Position numbers and translations under genes: made by a program
In this document: positions 1 through 6,386 of the stretch, one piece after another
Layout: every line of letters begins with the position of its first letter
Position numbering within the stretch: position 1 is the first letter of the stretch
IMG/VR virus record: IMGVR_UViG_3300030708_001627
Coordinates: 1 to 39,019 of that record
Strand: one strand, 5' to 3'
Source: a virus
Taxonomy: Duplodnaviria; Caudoviricetes
DNA length: 39,019 nucleotides
Notes under the pieces: generated by a model
What the model was told of the DNA's origin: nothing
The model's input: the letters and a program-made list of their open reading frames with translations, nothing else
Databases searched by the model: none

Positions 1-2
1 CT

Positions 3-695
3 ATGATGTTCGGCTCACAAGAAACAATACACGCTGTTGCATATAGTTATTTAAATGAAACATTGGGACTTGAAGACTTTGAAGCTTTTCTTCACGAACC
101 TGCGACGTCAGAACGTTTTGATAATCTGGTTGCTTATGACGGCAACGATCCTGTGGGCATCGGTCGTAGCTTGGCAATCTTTTCTGCTTTCGCAGAGGGT
201 GTTAGTTTATATAGTGCTTTTGCTGTTTTATATTCTTTTCAATTACGTAATTTACTCAAAGGAATAGGACAACAAATGAAATGGTCTGTAAGAGATGAAT
301 CATTACATAGTAAAATGGGTTGTCAATTATTTAGACACATGTGTGAAGAAATACCTACGTTAAAAGAAGACTGTAAAGAAGATATATACACAGCCGCTAA
401 AATAATGGTTGAGCTTGAAGAAAAATATATTGACAAAATGTTTGAGATGGGTGATATTGAAAATTTAAAAGCTTATGATCTTAAACAATTTATAAGAAAA
501 AGAACAAATGAAAAACTTGTTGAGCTGGGTTACACTGATAAAAGACGCTTCTTTAGCTTTGATAGAGCTGGGGCTGATGTACTTGATTGGTTTTATCATC
601 TTACTGGTGGTCACACCCATACAGACTTTTTTGCAATTAGGCCAACTGACTATAGTAAAGCAAATGAAGGAGAAGATTTTGAAGACATTTGGTGA
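3..695 (+). CDS. nrdB: Ribonucleotide reductase class Ia beta subunit (5'-truncated by window edge)
   Basis: Di-iron ligand motifs ETIHAVAY (with the radical Tyr equivalent), AEGVSLYSAF and RDESLH; C-terminal TDFFAIRPTDY tail typical of NrdB. Confidence 0.96.
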   Translation: MMFGSQETIHAVAYSYLNETLGLEDFEAFLHEPATSERFDNLVAYDGNDPVGIGRSLAIFSAFAEGVSLYSAFAVLYSFQLRNLLKGIGQQMKWSVRDESLHSKMGCQLFRHMCEEIPTLKEDCKEDIYTAAKIMVELEEKYIDKMFEMGDIENLKAYDLKQFIRKRTNEKLVELGYTDKRRFFSFDRAGADVLDWFYHLTGGHTHTDFFAIRPTDYSKANEGEDFEDIW

Positions 696-888
696 CGGTA
701 AACTACCAGTTCGTATAGGTTATATGGGTGCTGGTATGATACTTGCTGCTCATTGGACATTAGAACCTCTATTATTTATAGCTGGTTTTAGTTGTGTTTT
801 AGTACAAGTATCTTATAGAAGACAATGGAACTTAGTAGCGCTAAACATAAATGGTTTAGTAGCTTGGATAATACATTTTTTAAAATGA
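664..888 (+). CDS. Small multi-pass membrane protein of unknown function (~74 aa)
   Basis: In-frame ATG at 664 (MKEKILKTFGDGKLPVRIGYMGAG...) within ORF 508..888. Three hydrophobic stretches. The stop TGA overlaps the next ATG (ATGA at 885-888). Exact start uncertain (664 or 724). Confidence 0.65.
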   Translation: MKEKILKTFGDGKLPVRIGYMGAGMILAAHWTLEPLLFIAGFSCVLVQVSYRRQWNLVALNINGLVAWIIHFLK

Positions 889-1184
889 ATTTTTTATGTT
901 CACAATGTGCGGCTTGTTGTAAAATAGCTGGTGCAATTAAATTAATGCCTAATAGAGGGGATGGGGCTTGTGTTAATTTATTAGATAATAATTTATGTAG
1001 TATATATGATACTAGACCTGATATTTGTAGAGTCGATAAAATGTTTGAAAAACATAAAAAATTAAATAAAAATTTAACTTTAAAACAACATTATATAAAT
1101 AGTACTAAAGCCTGTCATGAGTTAATAGATTTAACCGGTTTAGATGATAAGTATAAAATAGATATAGAAGAATATAATAAATGA
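885..1184 (+). CDS. YkgJ/UPF0153-type cysteine-cluster (putative Fe-S or Zn binding) protein
   Basis: CSQCAACC...C...CSIYDTRPDICR signature. ATGA coupling at both ends (885-888 and 1181-1184) supports the 885 start rather than 825. Confidence 0.85.
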   Translation: MNFLCSQCAACCKIAGAIKLMPNRGDGACVNLLDNNLCSIYDTRPDICRVDKMFEKHKKLNKNLTLKQHYINSTKACHELIDLTGLDDKYKIDIEEYNK

Positions 1185-1405
1185 AAGAAAGTAAATTAAT
1201 AGATATGCAGCGTAAAGTAGAAATACTTGGATCTGCATTAAAAAAAGCCTTAGTAAAATTAGATGCGTTAGAAACATTTACACAAGGTATGTTAACATCT
1301 TTTCAAATACATATTGGTAAAGATGAGTGGGATAAAATAGTTGAACAATTAAAAGATATAAATAAAAGAGAAGATGTGGAACAACCAGTGGAAAAAAGGA
1401 GTTGA
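1181..1405 (+). CDS. Hypothetical helical/coiled-coil protein (74 aa)
   Basis: ATGA-coupled to the upstream gene; fills the gap to nrdA and overlaps its start by 32 nt. Confidence 0.7.
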   Translation: MKESKLIDMQRKVEILGSALKKALVKLDALETFTQGMLTSFQIHIGKDEWDKIVEQLKDINKREDVEQPVEKRS

Positions 1406-3068
1406 TTATCCTGAGTGGGGTGACAACGAAGTTTATAAAAAAACAATAGGAGGAGGATATTTATACAATGGAGAAACACCTAAAGAAGCTTACGAAAGAG
1501 TTTCAAAAACAGTTGCAAAAAGGTTACGTAAACCTGAAATGGCTGATGTCTTTTTTGAATACATATGGAAAGGATGGTTATGCCTTGCATCGCCTGTCCT
1601 TAGTAATACTGGGACTGATAGGGGTTTGCCTATTAGTTGTTTTGGTATTGACGTGGCTGATAGTATTATTGACATAGGTCAAAAAAATTTAGAGATGATG
1701 CTACTCGCTAAACACGGCGGTGGAGTTGGTATCGGTGTAAATCAAATAAGACCCGCCGGGACTAAAATTACAGGTAATGGAACAAGCGACGGAGTTGTAC
1801 CGTTTTGTAAAATATATGATTCAACTATACTTGCAACGAATCAAGGATCTGTCCGAAGAGGAGCTGCATCAGTTAATATCAACATTGAACATGACGATTT
1901 TGAAGAATGGCTCGAGATTAGAGAACCTAAAGGAGACGTCAACAGACAATCTCTCAACTTACATCAATGTGCAGTCGTCGGTGATAAGTTTATGCGAAGA
2001 CTTACTACAGGAGATACTGAAGCAAGAAAAAAATGGGGCAAACTTCTTCAAAAGCGCAAAGCTACTGGCGAACCTTATATTTTATTTAAAGGAAATACAA
2101 ATAAGCAAAACCCAGCAGCTTACAAAGATAATGCATTAAAAGTGCATATGACCAATATCTGTAGTGAAATAGTTTTGCATACAGATGAAAATCATAGTTT
2201 CGTTTGTTGTTTGTCTAGCTTAAACCTAGCTAAATATGAAGAGTGGAAAAATACTAATATAATATATGACTCAATATGGTTTCTTGATGGAGTGCTTGAA
2301 GAGTTTATACAAAGAGCTAAATACAGAAAAGGTTTTGAAAATTCTGTAAGATCTGCTGAAAAAGGTAGGGCATTAGGTCTAGGTGTACTCGGCTGGCACA
2401 CGTATTTACAAGAAAAAGGTTTACCATTTGAAGGTCTACTGTCACAATATGAAACAAGAAGAATATTCAGCCAAATCAAAATCGAAAGTGAACGTGCTAG
2501 TATGGCTCTTGCTGAGGAGTTTGGCGAGCCTCTCTGGTGTGTTGGTACTGGCTTCCGCAATACTCACTTGCGTGCTATTGCTCCCACTGTTAGTAATAGC
2601 AAGCTTGCGGGAAATGTTTCACCCGGAATAGAACCTTGGGCTGCTAATGTATTTACAGAACAGTCAGCTAAAGGTACGTTTATACGTAAAAACCCTACAC
2701 TTGTAAAAGTATTAAATAAACTTAAATTAAATACAAAAGAAATATGGGATAAAATCTTAGCAGATGGTGGTTCGGTTCAAGACATAGAAGGTTTAGACGA
2801 AGATACCAAAGAAATATTTAAAACATTTAAAGAAATAAATCAACTAGAATTAGTTAGACAAGCAGGAGTAAGACAACAATACATTGATCAATCAGTTAGT
2901 TTAAACTTAGCTTTTCCAGCTGAAGCATCACCAAAATGGATCAACCAAGTTCATTTAGATGCTTGGAAAAAAGGTATTAAAACTTTGTATTATATGCGTA
3001 CTGAATCAGTACTACGTGGAGATATAGCCGCAAAAGCTATGGAAGATTGTGTTGCTTGCGACGGATAA
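1374..3068 (+). CDS. nrdA: Ribonucleotide reductase class Ia alpha subunit, short form without ATP-cone
   Basis: PISCF, GGGVG, TNICSEI (catalytic Cys/Glu), CCLSSLNL, LGLGVLG, IAPTVSNS, DQSVSLN, KTLYY and C-terminal CxxC (CVACDG). Confidence 0.97.
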   Translation: MWNNQWKKGVDYPEWGDNEVYKKTIGGGYLYNGETPKEAYERVSKTVAKRLRKPEMADVFFEYIWKGWLCLASPVLSNTGTDRGLPISCFGIDVADSIIDIGQKNLEMMLLAKHGGGVGIGVNQIRPAGTKITGNGTSDGVVPFCKIYDSTILATNQGSVRRGAASVNINIEHDDFEEWLEIREPKGDVNRQSLNLHQCAVVGDKFMRRLTTGDTEARKKWGKLLQKRKATGEPYILFKGNTNKQNPAAYKDNALKVHMTNICSEIVLHTDENHSFVCCLSSLNLAKYEEWKNTNIIYDSIWFLDGVLEEFIQRAKYRKGFENSVRSAEKGRALGLGVLGWHTYLQEKGLPFEGLLSQYETRRIFSQIKIESERASMALAEEFGEPLWCVGTGFRNTHLRAIAPTVSNSKLAGNVSPGIEPWAANVFTEQSAKGTFIRKNPTLVKVLNKLKLNTKEIWDKILADGGSVQDIEGLDEDTKEIFKTFKEINQLELVRQAGVRQQYIDQSVSLNLAFPAEASPKWINQVHLDAWKKGIKTLYYMRTESVLRGDIAAKAMEDCVACDG

Positions 3069-3072
3069 TGAT

Positions 3073-3096
3073 AAAGGGGCTAACGCCCCTTTTTTT
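3073..3096. terminator. Bidirectional intrinsic terminator between convergent transcription units
   Basis: AAAGGGGC-TAAC-GCCCCTTT perfect stem followed by a T tract on +; A-run on the other side gives a short U tract on -. Lies between the nrdA stop and the stop of the last late gene. Confidence 0.88.
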
Positions 3097-3517
3097 ATTT
3101 ATTTATTTTAATATTACTATTAGTTGTTGTTGGTTTACTTAAACTTGGACTCAACGATGGCCCTGTTCCTACATTAGAAGGTTTATTATATGTACCAGTA
3201 GGCTTATTATTTGGTAATGTTACGTTTGGTATATTAGGTGCAGTTACCGTTGGCCTTGGACTAGTGTAATAATAATTACCCCAACCCCATGTTCCATAAT
3301 AAGGAGACGGTCTCCAGTAATTATGATAATAAGGATATGTATGATATATGTTTTGATACACTCTAGGTCTTAGTGAATTTACATCAAGTTGAATAGTATC
3401 ACCTTCATGAGTAACAGCTAGTACTTTAATTGTATTTTTTGGTGCTGGTGTATAAGATGCGCAACTAGCAAATATTGCAATACCCACCACATAAAGGGCA
3501 ATTTTCCATATTTTCAT
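3095..3517 (-). CDS. Predicted lipoprotein with Tyr/Trp-rich middle and Pro/Thr/Asn-rich tail; o-spanin candidate
   Basis: MKIWKIALYVVGIAIFAS-C lipobox; immediately downstream of the endolysin. The spanin role is inference only. Confidence 0.7.
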   Translation of the reverse strand: MKIWKIALYVVGIAIFASCASYTPAPKNTIKVLAVTHEGDTIQLDVNSLRPRVYQNIYHTYPYYHNYWRPSPYYGTWGWGNYYYTSPRPTVTAPNIPNVTLPNNKPTGTYNKPSNVGTGPSLSPSLSKPTTTNSNIKINK

Positions 3518-3519
3518 TT

Positions 3520-3981
3520 TTATATTGTTTTATATTTTGTTCTACCCATATCATCTTTATAGGCTTTTAAACATCTGTTTCTATTATTTTCTTCAGAAAC
3601 ATAAGATACATGCACCCAATTAGGTTGTGTATCAGTGCCAAACTCCCATATCATTTGATCAAACGATAAATTTTCTTTTATCCAATGATACATTTCTGAG
3701 TTTGTTTTATAACCATAAACATCATCAATATCAATTGCTTGGCCTTTACAGTGTTGAGAAGTCTTTGACCCACCAATAGCTGTATTAAGATCTGGCGATC
3801 GAAAAAATGAATTAACTTTTATTGGTCCACCAACCCACTCACGTAGTGGCTCAAATACTTTTTCAGCTAGCAACTTCATTGCTTCTATTTGATTTGGATT
3901 AGGTGTATTGTCTATACCTTTACGCTTAGCAGTTTGTGAATGTATTGCTTCAGCATAAGTTATGTGATCACTTATTTTCAT
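3520..3981 (-). CDS. Peptidase M15A-family (Peptidase_M15_3-like) zinc peptidase, probable endolysin
   Basis: VNSFFRSPDLNTAIGG, SQHCKGQAIDI (SxH...D zinc ligands) and WVHVSY motifs. Confidence 0.9.
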   Translation of the reverse strand: MKISDHITYAEAIHSQTAKRKGIDNTPNPNQIEAMKLLAEKVFEPLREWVGGPIKVNSFFRSPDLNTAIGGSKTSQHCKGQAIDIDDVYGYKTNSEMYHWIKENLSFDQMIWEFGTDTQPNWVHVSYVSEENNRNRCLKAYKDDMGRTKYKTI

Positions 3982-3982
3982 A

Positions 3983-4132
3983 TTATTCTATTTCGCTAAA
4001 TACAGCATATACTTTAATATTACGATTTCTACCTTTACGTATTGTAGCTATTAAATCTTTTCTCTCTCTTACCTCTTCTTCTTTTACTTTATGATATTTA
4101 GGATTTGTACTATTTAATTTTCTTTTTTTCAT
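3983..4132 (-). CDS. Small basic protein (49 aa) missing from the supplied ORF track
   Basis: Hand translation gives MKKRKLNSTNPKYHKVKEEEVRERKDLIATIRKGRNRNIKVYAVFSEIE*. TAATG overlap with the upstream stop; 1-nt gap to the endolysin ATG. Confidence 0.7.
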   Translation of the reverse strand: MKKRKLNSTNPKYHKVKEEEVRERKDLIATIRKGRNRNIKVYAVFSEIE

Positions 4133-4545
4133 TAAAATTGGCTGGCAGTACTTACCTCATTAACTGCCTCTTGTATTTCATTTAAATCTGCCGGTAACAT
4201 TAAATCTAGTCCTGCTTTAAAAACGATTTCTTTAATACCGTCTTTAAATATAATTAATGTTGGCGCCATACGTACCTTATATTTCTTTTTAGCAGCTGGG
4301 CACGCAGCTATATCTGCTCTATAATAAACAACGTTTTCTAATTTATCCCAATCATCAAACTTATTAGCATCGTTAAACTTAGCGTAAAACTCTACAATAA
4401 CAGGCTTTGTTTGATCATCACCAAACGCTTGTCTCTGATTTATTTTATTATCAAAATTATCATCAGTAATAAACTCTTGTCCAAACGTAGGTGTAAATGT
4501 AAAGAATAAAAGTAGAAAAATTAAAAAAAATAATATTGCTCTCAT
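4132..4545 (-). CDS. Exported thioredoxin-fold protein lacking the CxxC active site
   Basis: Signal peptide (MRAILFFLIFLLLFFTFTPTFG-QE). Thioredoxin pattern ITDDNFD...PVIVEFYAKF...KYKVRMAPTLIIFKDG, with FNDAN where WCGPC is expected. Confidence 0.8.
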   Translation of the reverse strand: MRAILFFLIFLLLFFTFTPTFGQEFITDDNFDNKINQRQAFGDDQTKPVIVEFYAKFNDANKFDDWDKLENVVYYRADIAACPAAKKKYKVRMAPTLIIFKDGIKEIVFKAGLDLMLPADLNEIQEAVNEVSTASQF

Positions 4546-4832
4546 TATCTTCCGTTTTTTTGTATTTCGTATAATCTTTCGTCGATCTTATCAATTGTTT
4601 CTTTAATTTCTTCAACATCCTCTTGTGTATCCATAATTGTTTGACGAATCAATTCGTCTTTTAGATCATATTCTACTCTATCAATAACTGGTTTAGGTAG
4701 TTCTTTAGCAAGAGCTATATCAGCTTGCATTACAAAATATAAACTAGCTAATGACACTACGCCCCCTATTATTATTCCTATTGTTTTAAGATCTAATGTT
4801 ACTTTAGTATCTTCACCTATTTGTTTTGCCAT
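4545..4832 (-). CDS. Single-TM membrane-anchored coiled-coil protein; i-spanin-like topology
   Basis: One hydrophobic helix (IGIIIGGVVSLASLYFVM) followed by an acidic heptad-repeat tail; TAATG coupling to the next gene. Confidence 0.7.
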   Translation of the reverse strand: MAKQIGEDTKVTLDLKTIGIIIGGVVSLASLYFVMQADIALAKELPKPVIDRVEYDLKDELIRQTIMDTQEDVEEIKETIDKIDERLYEIQKNGR

Positions 4833-4833
4833 T

Positions 4834-6033
4834 TTATCTAAGTGTTATGTTCAGGCCAACTGAACTGTTATAAATTTTACTATCCCAGAACTTAGTATAT
4901 TCACCTTCAAAGAATATACCAATTGATCTACTTAACTTCCACCCAAACATTACACCAGCTTGATAATCTTCCCACTGCTCATGTTCAGAGTCTTGACGAA
5001 GTCCGCCTAAGCCCCAGTTATTTCTATTTAAATAACTAAAATCAACATCGCCTTCAACATATTTATGATATGGTAATAAATACGAACCATACGCATGAAG
5101 CCAGAAGTTGTTTTTATAATGATAAAAGTCAAAACCGACCACAGGTGAAACAACACCAAATGGATCTAGTAAATCCCATTGCTCGTTATTATAACGATTA
5201 ATTAATGATTCAAATATAGTATCACGGAATTGTAAATCAGTATAAGCAACAACGTTACCTTGTGGATCATACCAGTAATAATCCCATACTTCTTCACCAT
5301 CAACATCAATTGTTACTAATTGATCAGTAAAACCGTAGTTATAACCTAGTTGATACCAGTAATTAACAGGCCACCCGTTACTATCTGTTTCATTTAACCA
5401 TATTTCAATTGGATTATATCCGTAAGCTCTTTCATGTGTACGATACATTGCACCTGCAGATATACTAAACTTTTCACCTATAGGTAATTTAGCTCTAATT
5501 TCTGCTGATTTATATTTAAAATCAACTTTACCCTGCGCTCTACTTTCAAGCTTTACCATATGGTATTTACCACTATGTTTTAGAAAATATCTCCAGTTTT
5601 GAAATATCTCATCTCTGGATCTTTCTTTTTCATAATGAAATACATATTCCAAACCTTTAATAGCTGAATTAGGAGCCGTCATAGCTACGTTAGATTCAGT
5701 CCCATCAAAGTAATGTTTACCTTTTATTTCATAATCAAACCTAGCGATCTTACGAAAACCAAAACCATAACGATAATCAAAGTCATAGTAGTCTGTTCCA
5801 TCAACTACAACTGGTGGTGTATATAAATTACCATCAGGATTAGTTCTTACAAAATAATCTTTTGGGTTTTCTTTAGGATTTTTAATATCACCAGCTATAT
5901 AAAACGTGCCATATTTAAATAACTCGTTGTAAATAGATTTAAAAAATCTACCTTTGTCTTTTTGTGGTTTCTCTTGTGCGTTAGCAGATATTATAAATAT
6001 TGCTATAAAGAGTAGAGTTAAAATTTTTTTCAT
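4834..6033 (-). CDS. Putative outer-membrane beta-barrel protein (399 aa)
   Basis: Sec signal (MKKILTLLFIAIFIISANA-Q). Many amphipathic aromatic-rich strands (FSISAGAMYR, VVGFDFYHY, FWLHAYGSY, AGVMFGWKL, IGIFFEGEY). Terminal strand SSVGLNITLR resembles a beta-signal. Confidence 0.72.
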   Translation of the reverse strand: MKKILTLLFIAIFIISANAQEKPQKDKGRFFKSIYNELFKYGTFYIAGDIKNPKENPKDYFVRTNPDGNLYTPPVVVDGTDYYDFDYRYGFGFRKIARFDYEIKGKHYFDGTESNVAMTAPNSAIKGLEYVFHYEKERSRDEIFQNWRYFLKHSGKYHMVKLESRAQGKVDFKYKSAEIRAKLPIGEKFSISAGAMYRTHERAYGYNPIEIWLNETDSNGWPVNYWYQLGYNYGFTDQLVTIDVDGEEVWDYYWYDPQGNVVAYTDLQFRDTIFESLINRYNNEQWDLLDPFGVVSPVVGFDFYHYKNNFWLHAYGSYLLPYHKYVEGDVDFSYLNRNNWGLGGLRQDSEHEQWEDYQAGVMFGWKLSRSIGIFFEGEYTKFWDSKIYNSSVGLNITLR

Positions 6034-6386
6034 TTTTTTTCTTTTTTTCTTTTTTTCTTTTTTGCTTCTTTACCGAAGTTTATTAAATTAAGTTTTATTG
6101 TAAGACTAACAGTTACACCGCCTAATACCGTCGCGGCTACATCATGTTGATCAAATCTATTTTTTGGTTGAAATGAATCGTAAACTTCTTTACCTATGCC
6201 AGCAACTAAAGATGTTAATATACCAGCCGCTAAAGCTTGATTTTTATCTCCTGTTTTGCTATACACATATTCATATCCGACAGTACTTGCTATTGCGCCT
6301 GCTGCAAAATGTAGCTTTTTGTCATCTTGTATCTGTGCGTTAGTAATACTCAACGTAAAAAATAATACTACCGCTAATTTATTCAC
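6030..6386 (-). CDS. YfiM/DUF2279-like small membrane protein
   Basis: Signal-like N-terminus; DDKKLHF...GIGKEVYD...FDQHDVAAT..GG pattern matches the DK-HF / GKE-D / D motifs of this family; Lys-rich C-terminus. Confidence 0.7.
   Translation of the reverse strand: MNKLAVVLFFTLSITNAQIQDDKKLHFAAGAIASTVGYEYVYSKTGDKNQALAAGILTSLVAGIGKEVYDSFQPKNRFDQHDVAATVLGGVTVSLTIKLNLINFGKEAKKKKRKKEKK

Noticed and set aside
508-663. Upstream extension of ORF 508..888
   Set aside because: Lies wholly inside nrdB in another frame; a later ATG (664 or 724) explains the membrane protein.
55-2631. Alternative-frame and antisense ORFs inside nrdB/nrdA (55..267, 1468..1677, 1490..1675, 1777..2139, 2192..2560, 2383..2631)
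   Set aside because: Fully nested in well-supported genes with no motifs; shadow ORFs.
4132-4545. Thioredoxin serving as electron donor for the RNR
   Set aside because: No CxxC, has a signal peptide, and is in the opposite transcription unit.
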